Shown: positions 1 to 12,800, numbered from the whole stretch's first letter. The stretch is DNA of 63,952 nt, filler included, from Octopus bimaculoides (GCF_001194135.2; 7 parts of 7 records of this genome joined end to end with filler, not necessarily neighbours in it), one strand, 5' to 3'. Numbers and translations are program-made. The notes: generated by a model from the sequence alone, not told the origin.

Positions 1-844
1 AAAAGCTCTACATTGTAATTTGTCCATTTTCTGTATTTAGCCCTGTGTGGCTATAATAAAAAGATATCTACCTATCTATCTATCTATCTACCTTCCAGTC
101 AATCGAAACTGAGTTTTCAATATTCTTCCGTGATGTGGAGACAGATAAATGCACCATTCCCCGCTTTGCGGAACGCGAAAATATTTATTTTAGCAATTTT
201 ATTTTTAAGTGTTAATACTATGGAAATATATCTTTCTCTCCAGTAACATTCCGTTCTGTGTTATCAGTAGAACCAAACAGTTACATGTAAAATAGACAAC
301 GCAAAATATGGTCTGGTCTCGCACCTCACTGTCTATTCTCAGTAGAACTTAAGGAACGCTGCTAATGTGTTTAGAAATATATCAATCTCATACACATCGT
401 AATATCCAATATAAATGTTCGTATTTCAGGGATGTTCCTTAATAAGAGATTAGTTTTCCCGATTTTTACATTTTTCACTTACACGTGTGCTAATTATTTT
501 ACTTCACTGTCGCAAATAAAGCCGAAAATGCCAAAGACGTAAACAATAACCAATTGAATCATCTTCAGAGCACAAAATGTCCTTATTTTATCGATCCTGG
601 AACAATTGAAGGTAAAGATACCCTGATGACATTTGATTTTGTAATGTCGACCGACAAATGTAAATGAGTACCTCTTATATTCTGGCGCCTTAAAACATCT
701 GTTTCGCTTCATGTTAACTATAATCTACATTAATAACATTTATGTTACTTAGAGAAATGCATGGTATATAATGTCACATCGGCACCACTGCTGAATATTT
801 AATTTCACTTTTAGAATATTGGCTGTACTTACTGAAGAACTGCC

Positions 845-1260
845 ATGTGTATGTATGTATGTATGTATGTATGTATGTATGTATTTATGTATGTATGTAT
901 GTATGTAAGTATGTAAGTATGTATGTATTATGTATGTATGTATGTTTGTATGTATGTGTGTGTGTATGCATGTATGCATATATGTATGTATGTATATGTA
1001 TATACATATATAAGCTACACATATACTTATATTCGCATAAATGTGTATGTATATATAAATATAAATATATATATGTATTCATATATATATTTGTTTGTAA
1101 TCTGGTTATGTACGTATATAAACGTATATATATCCACACACACGCACACACACACACACACATATATATACGTACCTATATGTATATACATACATACATA
1201 CATACACACACACCAACAGACACTTGCATATGTAAACATGTAAGAGTATACATATGATAA
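845..1260. repeat. Compound (TATG)n/(TA)n/(CA)n microsatellite
   Basis: Direct reading. Similar tracts at 3544-3650, 9990-10660, 34200-34770, 34930-35075, 55150-55300, 56100-56280, 59830-59950 and 61390-61590. Confidence 0.97.
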
Positions 1261-3536
1261 GATAGTATAAAACAAACAGATTTTCATAGTACGTTGGATA
1301 TTAATTTTCAAGCAGTATAAAGCGATATAAAGACACTCCAATATTCGTTCTAAAATAAATACTGAGGTCGCGATCTCACACATCAAAAGTGGTTCCGACG
1401 TCATATTTATTGTTATAAGACGTCATATTCCTCCAAAATATACATTGATGAATCTCCTTTTACCACTTCTATAGAGATCATTCTGAATTGTTATATTTCA
1501 TGTTGAACTACAGTATATGATATTCACGGTGATCATAAGGAATCAGCGTGAATGCTTTATACTTATCTAATTCTTTGCTTTGTATCTCTGAGATTAAATA
1601 CGACTTAATATTTCATATCTTGGCATTGGATCAAATAAGCACAATATACTTGGTTTGATTGAATCTATCGTGACTCTTCCTTCTAGCAAGAAGGAAGAAA
1701 TTGTTATTATTGTAGATAATATCATCCAGCCAGTTATTAGAATGAATAGTCATGCAACGTTTTAGAGCTTTTCTTCTGCTTTCTGATTTTGAATTATCTT
1801 GGGCCAGGTGTCGATGTATAAAGAAATGGTTTTGTATAAATTTCAACGGGAATTTATTCTTTTATTAGTTTACCTGTTCCAGTCGTTGATCTGCGACTAT
1901 TCTGGAGCCATCATGTTGCAGGAATACTCGATCAAATTCGTCTCAATACCTGTCACAGTTATAGGGACGTAAACAAGCGTTTTTAAGTAGTCACGACTAA
2001 AATGCAGGCATACACACATACGTACAAGCAAGGACACACACACACACACACACACACAGACAAGCACAGGTGCACACATGCAGATACACACACATACAAG
2101 AGGGTGCTGAAGACTTCCTGGTTTTAAAGCCTTGCTGGAGGTCCAACCATCCGAGTTTTTTTTACAGGGCTTAGAAACCTAAAGGGCCGCTGCAATAAGT
2201 GTGTGGATCTCAGAAGGGACTGTGTTGAATAAAATCATAATTAACAATTAACTGAATCTCCTGTATTTTCTTTTACCCAAAGACTGAAACTTTTCAGCAT
2301 CATCTCGTATGAATATACACACGGCGGGCAGAGATTCCACCTATCAAACCCATTCACAGCATATTGGTCGATTAAGATGTACAGTGGAAGATCTTCAACG
2401 TCCTATGAAGTGGCACTGAATCTAAATCCACGTGATTGCAAAGCGAACATGTTATCAACTCAAGCATACCTTTACCTAGTTGTGGCTTGTGAAATCCATT
2501 CTTGTTTGTGGTCTTCTAGAAGAAATTGTGTATATTGTTCTCGATTTTGGTTCCAACGATATAGGATGTAAGTGAAGCGGAGGAGACTTAATTGTGTTAC
2601 CCAAAATAATATCGACTGAGAGAAGATAAGTCTGTCTAAACCGGAGAAATATTTAAAAGAAGAGACAGCAAGTTTCTTATCCAGTCACTGAAGTGCGTTG
2701 GTGGGTGAACTCTTCTTCAGATAACTTTATAGGTAGCAACAGCACTCGATTGCCGGTTTCACTCGAGGTATTATAGTCAATCAATGAAATCATTAGCAGA
2801 TTAAGTAATAAGGCAATGAACGGCATACGACTTTCTGCGTAAGTCATTGTTACCATGCCAGGTTGGGTTTTGCATTTGATCGTCAAATAATTTTATCGAT
2901 CTCACAAATTTGGAATCGATATAACGTTTGAATAGTAAGTATGCCAAGTTATTCATGCGAACATATGCATAACTACAGAAACGACCATGCCTATCTATTA
3001 TATTACTATGATAGATAATAAAGGTGACGGGAGAACAGAGACAGTGTACATTTGTATTAAATTCTCTGCAGAAATTGAAAGACAATTACATCTTCTTTAT
3101 TCTGAGTTCTTTAAGTTTCGATCTATAACATATTAACGATATATTATGGTAGCGTCAAGGGCACCATCCAGTTCATGAATAATATTTTGCCTTTTGTCAT
3201 CTTAAGTAATATTTATTATCATATATTTTATAACGTTGAATGCGAGCGTATTGGCTGGTTAGAACATTTCAAATATCAAATTTATTTATCATTTTTTTTT
3301 GTATGTTTAATATTGATTTCAAATTTAGCTCAAGTCCAACAATTTTGGGGGAAAAGGTAAGTCGATTTTAATGACTCCAATGCTGAAATGGTGCTTATTT
3401 TATCGGTCCCGAAAGGATGAACGGCGAAGTCCACTTCGGTGGAATTTGGACTTGAGGTTAATTTAGCCGTTTATGTGTATATTATTGAAAACCTGTTTCA
3501 GTATTACGCACACACATACGAAGGCACGAACACTCA

Positions 3537-3639
<103 letters not shown>

Positions 3640-6519
3640 ACGCACACACAAGCAAATATTATTTCCTGGTAGGGTATTTCCAATGCAGAACTCAAGCTGA
3701 GCTCTGAGCTATCTACACTGTCGTATTCCTCAGGTTAAACAAATCCTACTTTCACGATCGTAAAACCGTTGAGCGGCCTGATCGAGGAGTAAAATATAAT
3801 CGAAATAGAGATAGATTTTAAAACATCTTTAGTGATCAGTTACAATTGTTTCTCTCCCAACTCTGCTTTCAATGCCAGTTCATACAAAATTGGAAGATGA
3901 AAATTTACATAACATTTGCACCATTGATGTTGGTCTGAGGAAATGCCATTCGACTGTTTAAAACCGCAAATAGTTTGTACATTTCCACCTTGATCTCTTG
4001 CATGAAGTGGCGTTGAAAGTAAAGTTGGTACAGAAACAATTGTAACTGATTATTACCTTGGCCTTCACTAAGGCGGAGGTATTCTTTTCAGTCGTGTTTG
4101 TTTGTTTGTCCGTGGACAGGATATCTCAAGAATTGCTAGGTGGTTTCGGATGAAACTTTTAGGGATGTTTGACCCTGTGACTGGCACGAAATGATTAGAA
4201 TTTGGGATCCATCCAGTACCGAATAAGGATTCTGGATTATTTTTCCTTTTTTTTTTTACGTCATTTTTGAGAGCGGTGGGGTTCATTTTTGGTATAGTCG
4301 TTTGTGAGAAAAGACAAGTTTATTTCAGATATTGCCATTTTAAAAGTGAGAGGACGTTGGTGTTTCTTTGGTAGAGATTTGCGCTCTTGGTAAAGAGGTT
4401 TTAACATCTATCACGATCGTCCTATTTCAGTTATATACATATGTACATATATATGGTTATACAGACATAGTACTTCAAGACGATCGGTCACCAGGAAATG
4501 TCGAATATATACACAGAAATTATATCTAATATTTTCCTGAAAAAGAAATAAAGAGTGCAACAAATAACTTATTTCAACCTAAATATCTTATCATTAATTA
4601 TTTTGATCGTAGAAATTTACGTATTATAGAACTAAACTAGTAGAAGATGCAGGCCCGATGTGTATTAACTGCAACGACACTTTGCATGGACATAAGTGTC
4701 TAATGATCGAATCTTCATAATAAAGCCGGAGAAACGTTATAGGCTCTTCGTGTTGGTATTTACGTATTGAACGAACGCAACTTAGTAGAGGATTCATTGC
4801 CGATATCTTTTAACGCAACAACATTGTTTTACATGGTGAATGTCGAACCTTCAAGAATATTCTTCGTTATAATAGATCTAATATATCTCTAACTTGAAAT
4901 ACATTCTGAAAGGTTTGAATTTTCATTTCAACTCTTTGTTAGATGTTTGACATCGTGGATTACCTTTACCAAGACGCAAGGGCAAACTTTAGACATAAAG
5001 GGAAACTGAGTCTTCATGGTCCATAGTTAATCAGCTCAGAAATGATAAATTCACATTGATAAAACAGTGATTTAATCCATAACTGCCAAGTTTTTCCATT
5101 CATATGTTTTGGCTGTGACAGGTGTCTTAGTAAAAGTAATGTTATAGCATTTAAATTGTCTTCATATGTGAATTATTTGGGAAATTAAGATAAATTTTTC
5201 GGAAAGTCCCAAAAGGGGATCGCTGAGAGAAAGCATCTTCACCCTTTTCTGTTTGATTGCAGTAATAAACATTTTAGCTTTTTGGGGACTATTGTATGAA
5301 ATGCGAATGTGTATGAAATGTTAATGAATGAATCAGATGGGAAATGCCAAAAAAAAAAAAAAGAACTTTTCGAAACAGTCAATATTTTTTTTGTTAAACT
5401 ATTGCGATTTATGACATAAAATGTCCTCTAGAATTAGCCAAAATATAACGACTTCAGTGAAAAGATATAAAGTTTTATTTTCAACTAAGAATAAAATTGT
5501 TTACGATGCCATGAAATTATGATGCCACTCAAAATACCTAAACCAGGTACATCATATGTATCTAATGAATACATACATAAGAATATGTGTGTGTGCGTGA
5601 GTGCGTGCGTGTGCCTCTGTGTGTGTGTATCCGGCTGAAATTACTGAAAATTAATGTTGAACATGTATGTTTGTGCAATTTTGGAAATCGTTTAAGGTTC
5701 TTCTATAGATGCTTCACATTACACCAGTTTATGTTTTAAATCAAAATTGCGATATAATCTACTGCACTTTTCATGCTTCTATGATCGATAAAATACGTAC
5801 CATCAAGTGCTGATATCGATTATAAATGCTACCCTTCTTTCTTTCTCCCACACAATTTGCGGTCTAATGTAAAACTGGGAATGGATATATTTAACCAATT
5901 ATACTTTCGTCTAAAACGGTTTTGTTAAGAGCTAAATGAGTACTAAACAATTTTATACTATGAAGATAAAAATGGTCTCCATTTCTAACATTAAATAATA
6001 CTTATTGAAAACCGTTAGAATTGGGTTACTCACATGTTAATTCCATCTAAAGAAATCTCATTGGTTGTGCTTGAAATATCTCAAGTTCCTTATAGACTTA
6101 AATGAAGGAATGCAAAGCGGCAAGCATTTCAAGCCGATATATGTTTACAAAGTATTTTTCATCGAGATATTATGTGGTGACTATCTTTTGAGCACTTTCC
6201 AGATGGGTGGTTAGAAAATTACTAAATGTTATCAAGATTATTAGATTTTCTTGACGAGTATACGAAGTAGATACCCAAAACTTATTGATACTAATAATAC
6301 ATGTGAATTGATGACCAGCATACATTGCAATAAAGCATCATCTAATAATTCAAACTAAACGGATTTTATTCAACGCTGTAAAACTAGCAATACCAAACGC
6401 GAAATACTCCTTAGTGCATCGCAAATTGTGCACTCTGTCTCATTTTCCAAACCACAGTACTCTCTTTCTCTCGTTCACCAAATAGTCTCTACTAACTGTC
6501 CAGAATCGTCACACCCTAA

Positions 6520-6725
6520 ACTTTTTAATCGACCTGCTTCTGGGAAGCTGTAGTGTCGCTACGTTCTGAGTTCAAATTCCACCGAGGTTGACTTTGCCAT
6601 TCATCCTTTCGGGGTCGATAAATTAAGTACCAGCTGCGTATTGGGATCGATCTCTTCGACCGGCACCCCCCCACAAAAAAAAAAAAATTTTCGGGCCTTC
6701 AGCCTAGAGTAGCAAAGGATAATTA
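6520..6725 (+). mobile_element. tRNA-derived SINE (family 2)
   Basis: GAGTTCAAATTCCACCGAGGTTGACTTTGCC-TTCATCCTTTCGGGGTCGATAAA core. Related copies near 3340-3450(-), 8030-8190(+), 20700-20800(-), 22330-22500(-), 39395-39560(+), 47860-48070(-) and 51460-51600(-). Confidence 0.8.
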
Positions 6726-7067
6726 TAGAGTCTCTATTCCATATACATATAGATGTATGTATGGCTATATGCATATGTTTATATATTATTTATATTATTA
6801 TATGATCGAACGCCACTTATTCTTTTCGAAGTAAGTTTTATATTAATAATTACAATGCGCACTCTACTACTATTACTATCACTTCCCTGTCTATCTCTCT
6901 CCCTCTCTTGTTCTTCATCCTTTTTTGTTTTTCCCTCCCACCCTTTCCCTATTCTTCTCTCCCTTTCNNNNNNNNNNNNNNNNNNNNNNNNNNNNNNNNN
7001 NNNNNNNNNNNTTAATTAATTAANNNNNNNNNNNNNNNNNNNNNNNNNNNNNNNNNNNNNNNNNNNN

Positions 7068-7217
7068 TGAGGAATTATTTACATTATTTACATTTGACGG
7101 ATATTTGTCCTCATCTTGTTTGTTTTTAACACGTTTCGGCTGATATACCCTCCAGCCTTCATCAGGTGTCTTGGGGAAATTTTGAACCTGAGTTCTCATT
7201 CCTAAAGTAGTTTTCGA

Positions 7218-7309
<92 letters not shown>

Positions 7310-7600
7310 TCATTGCCTGGAATCAAACTCAGAATCTTTGGTTAGTAGCCCGTGCTCTTAACCACTACACCATATGCCCACGGGCATATAGCGTAGTGGT
7401 TAAGATTCCAAGTTCGATTTCAGGCAGTGACCTGAATAATAATAATAACAATAATAATAACATTGAAAAATACCTTAGGAATGAGAATCCAGGTTCGAAA
7501 TTTCCCCAAAACACCTGATGAAGGCTGGAGGGTATATCAGCCGAAACATTGTGTTAACAACAAACAAGATGAGGACGAATATCCGTCAAACATAGATAAT
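7068..7600. repeat. Head-to-head inverted dimer of a tRNA-headed, (AAT)n-containing, Penelope-tailed element
   Basis: Symmetry centre at 7380-7381. Each arm has a tRNA-like head, an (AAT)n tract and a CCTGATGAAGGCTGGAGGGTATATCAGCCGAAAC motif. Confidence 0.8.
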
Positions 7601-7666
7601 GTAAATAAGGATTGTTTATTCTCCATTACTGATGTTATCTTGTAAAATTCTCTTTTCAACTTCAAG

Positions 7667-7876
7667 ATAAAACAATCAGCATTGATGTGGAATGGAGGAA
7701 AAATTTTCTAAAACCAGGAGCTACATTTCTTGTTCACCTGCACCAGACTACCTCAACCTTGATGGTAAATGTTACAGCAAAATTCTGTCTTCGAGGACGA
7801 TTCCATGTGTGTCTCCCAACCGTTGAAATTCTCACTGGTGTCCAGATTGAGAAACCGGCCAGAAATTGTACCAAAG
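7667..7876 (+). CDS. Candidate internal exon (phase 1-1, 70 codons) of an unidentified, possibly extracellular-domain protein
   Basis: Acceptor ttctcttttcaacttcaag, donor AAAG/gtcagt. The 210 nt are open: KTISIDVEWRKNFLKPGATFLVHLHQTTSTLMVNVTAKFCLRGRFHVCLPTVEILTGVQIEKPARNCTK. Unique sequence with FN3-like beta-strand patterning and NVT/NCT sequons. Confidence 0.5.
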
Positions 7877-7942
7877 GTCAGTAGTTCTTTAATCGAAATA
7901 ACTCTTCCCTTAAATCATTGGCTTTGTTCCAAAATTTGAAAC

Positions 7943-7979
<37 letters not shown>

Positions 7980-7988
7980 GTTATTGTT

Positions 7989-8026
<38 letters not shown>

Positions 8027-8189
8027 CATATAAGGCGGCATGCTGATAGGATTGTTAGCATGCTGGATGAAATGTTTAATTGCATTTCATCTGTCTCTAT
8101 AGTCTGAATTCAAATTCCACTGAAGTTGACTTTGCCTTTTTATCCCCCCCCCCCCCNNNNNNNNNNGCCCTAGTGGCAAAATTTGAAAC

Positions 8190-8249
<60 letters not shown>

Positions 8250-8250
<1 letters not shown>

Positions 8251-8812
8251 TTATGTTTGGCTTTTGCTTTGTATTTGTACAAGATGACTTCAGATCTCAT
8301 CCAGAAACCTCAAGAGACAAGTCCAAGTTGATGTTATGACTAGGGAACCATATTGCTTGGTTTTGCACAGAGTATTGCTCCAGAGAGTGTCTGTCAAAAC
8401 ATAAGAAAACTAGAAGGTGATAATGTGATCTTAAGATGACAGTAAAAGGTGTTTGCTATTATGTATATTTAGAAGTACTTTCAACAATATTTACAGATTA
8501 AAATGTTTTGGGGGATTATGTAGACAATATTTTTCATAGAGTATGAACAGTTCCCATGAGCACTGTTTTTTTTTTTAATTTCTTCCATTTTGGGGTTTCC
8601 TGGTGTCTGAGCCAGGTACCAATCAGCCCCTTTTGCTATCATCCCTAGGGTACCTATGACAACAGGTATTGTTTTAGTCTTGTGGTTCCACATTTTGCCA
8701 ATTCCTATTACAAGATCTTTATACTTGCTCAGTTTTTGGTAGGTCTTGACAGATGCGTTTATATCGATTGGGACAGCCATATCAATGAGGAGGCATGATT
8801 TTTGTCAGAAAC
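8250..8812 (-). mobile_element. R4/Dong-like (restriction-like endonuclease) LINE 3' end, copy 1
   Basis: LLIDMAVPIDINASVKTYQKLSKYKDL..KMWNHKTKTIPVVIGTLG; flanked on both sides by (ATT)n. Confidence 0.8.
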
Positions 8813-8834
8813 TATTATTATTATTATTATTATC

Positions 8835-8861
<27 letters not shown>

Positions 8862-8867
<6 letters not shown>

Positions 8868-9425
8868 GATTTTGTTGGAACTCCTGATGTCTTGCATACA
8901 TAGAAGGTTTTCTGCCTGCAGCCTACAGTACCATGCTATCCATTCTTTTCGGCTATCTAATACTTTCCTGATTATTCTGGCCATGCCAAGGAATCAAACC
9001 TTTAGTAACAGTTCTACAGGGCACTCTATTCCAGTTTCCTTTATATTCCCCCTTAATGCTTTCTGGTACTATTCCCAGGGACCCAGCAATAATTGGCACT
9101 GTCTTCGCCTTCTTCATTTTCCATAGCCAGGCTATTTCGTACTTAAGAGGGTTGTATTTATCTATCTTTGCGCATTCTTTTTTGTATGTTTGTAGGTTAA
9201 AGGAGCACACAACATCAACTATATAGTACACATGGTGCATCTTGTTGACCACCACCACTAGGTCCGGTCTGTTATGCTCTAGCACCTGATCTATTTGGAT
9301 TGGGAAATCCCAGAAGATTTTGCAAGTCTCCAATTCTGCCATGGTCTGCAGTTTGTGCTCATACCATGTGCCGCCCACTAGCTCCCACTTTTTGCACAGT
9401 TTCCAATGTAGCACTTTCACTACCT
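8862..9425 (-). mobile_element. R4/Dong-like LINE 3' end, copy 2
   Basis: KIFWDFPIQIDQVLEHNRPDLVVV..IVDVVCSF..KECAKIDKYNPLKYEIAWLWKMKKAKTVPIIAGSLG (PD-(D/E)xK REL domain). Confidence 0.85.
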
Positions 9426-9469
9426 TATCATGTCACCTATTATGATTATTGTTGTTGTTGTTGTTATTA

Positions 9470-9812
9470 TTTTATGGAAACTCACAGCTTATTTTGTTTG
9501 GTATGATGGAAAGTGTCAGCTGTCCACAACCAGCAGACTAAGGTGAAACTTGTTCACTGGTCATGCTTCAAAAACCCTGCGAAGAATTCCTGCAGTTCCA
9601 AGCAATGCTGATTTTTGCAGGTGTTCTCCCTTCACACTTGCACCAATCTTTCTCAGCCATGTTGGTAGCTGAGTGCTGATTCTTCCAAATGCGCCAGTTA
9701 CTATTGGGATCACCTCTACTCTCTTCATTGACCACAATCTTCGTATTTCCCACTTCAAATCGTCGTACTTGTTTATTTTTCTTCTTCTTCTTTTACAATG
9801 ATCCTGTTGTCT
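9470..9812 (-). mobile_element. R4/Dong-like LINE 3' end, copy 3
   Basis: KYDDLKWEIRRLWSMKRVEVIPIVTGAFG..LQKSALLGTAGILRRVFE; bordered by ATT/GTT repeats. Confidence 0.8.
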
Positions 9813-10754
9813 CTTCTATGATTATTATTATCAGCCACCTATGAACTTCCATCAATCGATGAGGAAACAAAGTCAATGACCCTTGAAGAATTCATTGATG
9901 CAGCTATTGATATGAATGTCAACCAGACGGAATTGTTGAAGATTGGAGACAGTTTACGTGGAGCCATGTCAGAAATAGTAAGTTGGTTACAACAGGATAT
10001 GTGTGTGTGTCTATATGTGTATTTGTGTTAAGTCTATGGGCGTGTTTGTGTAATGGCATGTGTGTGCATGTGTGCGTGTGTATGAGTGCATGTGAGTGAT
10101 TTTTGTGTGTGTGTGTGGGGGGGTGCATTTGTGTATATGTATTTGGGTGTATTTGTGTGTGTGGAGGGTTATGTGTGTATGTGCGTGTGTGATTGCATGT
10201 GTGTTCATGTGACTGCATGTGTGTATATCTGTAAGTCTGGGTATGTATGTATATGTGTGTGATTTCACATGTGTGTGTGCGTTTGTATGTGAGTGCGTGC
10301 ACGTGAGTGTGTGTGTGTGTTTGAATGTGAGTGCGTGCACGTGAGTGTGTGTGTGTGTATTTGTATGTGAGTGCATGCACGTGAGTGTGTGTGTGTATGT
10401 GTAAGCATGTGTATTTGTGTTAAATCTATGGGTGTGTCTGGTTGATTGTATGTGTGTGCATGCGTGTGTGTATGCGTGCATGTGAGTAATTGCATGTGTG
10501 TGTGTGGGTGAGTGCATTTGTGTATACGTATCTGGGTGTATTTGTGCGTGGGGGGTTATGTGTGTATGTGTGTGTGTGATTGCATGTGTCTGTATGCATT
10601 TGTGTAAGTCTGGGTATGTGTGCATATGTGTGTGATTGCACATGTGTGTGTGCATGTCCCACCATGGTGTGACATGCCTATACTATAGGGTTCCTAGAGT
10701 GGGGTGGTGGGGTGATGTGGGAGGAGGTTACAAATGGAAGCAGGGATATCAAGG

Positions 10755-11165
10755 ACATCATCATCATCATCATTACAGCCATCACCAACAAGAACAATGA
10801 CCACATCATCAACCATTATTATCACCACTGCCACCACTGCCACCACTGCCACTACTACTAATACCCCAACAACAACAGCAATTGCATGAAGAATGACAAC
10901 AAAATTATCATCACAACCGCCACAACCGCCACAACCGCCACAACCGCCACAACCGCCACAACCACCACAACTGCCACAACCACCACAACCGCCACAACCA
11001 AGAACAAAAACAACGACAAGAGTAACGGAAACAATGACATCATTGCTGTTGTCGTCGTCAACATCATCATCACCACCACCACCACCACTACCACCTCCAC
11101 CACCTTCACCATCACCACCACCACCACCACCAACAACAATAACAACAGCAATAATAGCAAAATGT
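10755..11165. repeat. Trinucleotide/9-mer low-complexity tract ((CAT)n, (CACAACCGC)n, (CAC)n)
   Basis: Direct reading; it yields Thr-, Pro- or Gly-rich ORFs in several frames. Confidence 0.9.
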
Positions 11166-11231
11166 AACAATTCTTTCAGTTAATCATGGTTTTGTGACTG
11201 TATTTCTGTTGTAGTGTTCTTGTTATTGTAG

Positions 11232-11423
11232 TTGTTGTCTTTGATTTCCAGCTCAATGAAAAAGATAGGAATCAGTCAAAAGCACGGGATGACTTTGAGG
11301 AGGAAATTCCCTCAGCTTCCACCGATATTTGCTGCAATGGTGATATACCTGTCAAACCCCTTGATATCACATTCTTCGATCTCCATTACATTTTCATGGT
11401 AGGACCAGTACCTTTGTCACTTG
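11232..11423 (+). CDS. Candidate internal exon (phase 1-1, 64 codons)
   Basis: Acceptor gttcttgttattgtag (alternative tttccag at 11251), donor TTG/gtaagt. Open frame VVFDFQLNEKDRNQSKARDDFEEEIPSASTDICCNGDIPVKPLDITFFDLHYIFMVGPVPLSL. Identity unknown. Confidence 0.45.
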
Positions 11424-11910
11424 GTAAGTATCATCACCACCATCTGCAATCATCCACCACCATTTCCCTTGCTACTATCATTACCACCACCATTACCACC
11501 GTAACAACAATCACCGACACTATAACCACCACATCACCATTTCAAAGTTACCATTGTAACTTTGAAAACTTAATCTAAGTGATAACTTGTGGATGTCTGG
11601 AAAACTACAATGGCTAGACAGGAATACCATTACATGAGCAAATGACCTTACACCAATAACAAATCCATGATGTAAACATGAGAAAAATTCCTTTAAGTGA
11701 GCATATAATAATATGTGCAGGGTTGAACCTCGTTAATTTTACAGTACTACCCTTCTAAGCATACTCAGATTCAATTACAAAGCAACGAAGAATGAACAAA
11801 GAACAGCAATTTATCAATACAAGTCAGTTCTAAAATTAATAATGCTTGTATTCAACACTAGAATAGCTTTAAACTTTAACTGATACTCCATTGAATTCAT
11901 CTTTTTGTAG

Positions 11911-11978
11911 AACTGCACAAAAACTCACACATATACATATTTATATTGACAAGCAGTATGTTACTGGTTATGGCATAA
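11911..11978 (+). CDS. Candidate terminal exon with hydrophobic C-terminal tail
   Basis: Acceptor catctttttgtag; the phase-1 frame gives ELHKNSHIYIFILTSSMLLVMA-stop. Confidence 0.3.
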
Positions 11979-12082
11979 AATTGAGAAGAGTGTTACTGAC
12001 AGTTTTGCTCCAGCTTGGCAATACTGAAGACTTTTCAGACATGCTACCAGGAAGTAGTGTGTGCTTTTTTTTTTTTGACTTA

Positions 12083-12800
12083 TGAGGGGTGGCTGAAAAG
12101 TTCATTAGCTGATTAAGATACTCTCATGGAACATGATCAAATGAGGTTTATTTTTCAACATAGTCTCCCCCCCCCCCTTGTGCTCCACACACTTCTTCCA
12201 TCGGTGTTGCAGTGTTTGGATCCCATTGGTAAAGAATCTTTCATCACGTTGGTCAAAAATGTCATCAACAACAGAGATGACGTCATCATCACAGTTATAT
12301 TTGGTTCCCAGCCATGTGTTTTTTTTTCATTTTGCCAAACATATGATCGTTAGATGGAGAATAGGGAGGGTGATCAAACAATTCAAAGCTACAGTCACAC
12401 ACAGCAGCCATTGAAACCAAGGACTTGTGGGCTGGAACATTGTCCTAATGAAACAAGACCCTTTCATTGATTTTTCCTTGGCATTTGGTCCTGATAGTCT
12501 TCATAACTCCCTTAGCAAGTTGGCATAGTACTCTCCATTGAAGATAGTCAACAAACGCAATACCTTTTGCTTTACCAAAAGAAACTGAGGCCATCACCTT
12601 CCCTGCAGACGAAATGACTGTGGCCTTCTTTGGAGCAGGTGAAGAGGGATGTTTCCACTGCATGGATTGTCTCTTTGTTTCTGACTCAAAGTGACAAAGC
12701 TAATATTTATCCTTGCTTAGGAAACATTCAAAGAAACCAGCTGGATTTACCTCAGACAATGTCAGATTTTTCCTTGATATGATCAACCTGGTGTGCTTTT
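12083..12800 (-). mobile_element. Mariner (DD34D-type) transposon 3' remnant
   Basis: TA plus TIR-like TGAGGGGTGGCTGAAAAGTT at 12081-12102. Degenerate transposase QWKHPSSPAPKKA..SAGKVMASV..VLFH continuing to ..GDYVEK-stop. Confidence 0.85.

Noticed and set aside
2677-2886. Minus-strand ORF with signal-peptide-like MPFIALLLNLLMISLI
   Set aside because: No donor site before the stop and no recognisable domain; the opposite strand has the better splice signals.
7012-7023. TTAATTAATTAA inside N-runs (also near 16380, 32665, 42870, 54885, 59993)
   Set aside because: An identical 12-mer centred in gaps with stops in all frames: a scaffolding linker, not biology.
7308-7436. tRNA-like heads as real tRNA genes
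   Set aside because: The acceptor stem is not closed, the right copy has an internal deletion, and both continue into repeat bodies: they are SINE heads.
11330-11423. Resemblance of KPLDITFFDLHY..GP to the ABCG pre-NBD segment, and of ICCNGDIPVKPL to the Helitron N-terminal CC motif
   Set aside because: Both are short eye-level similarities. No Walker A exon or Rep domain follows, so no identity was assigned.
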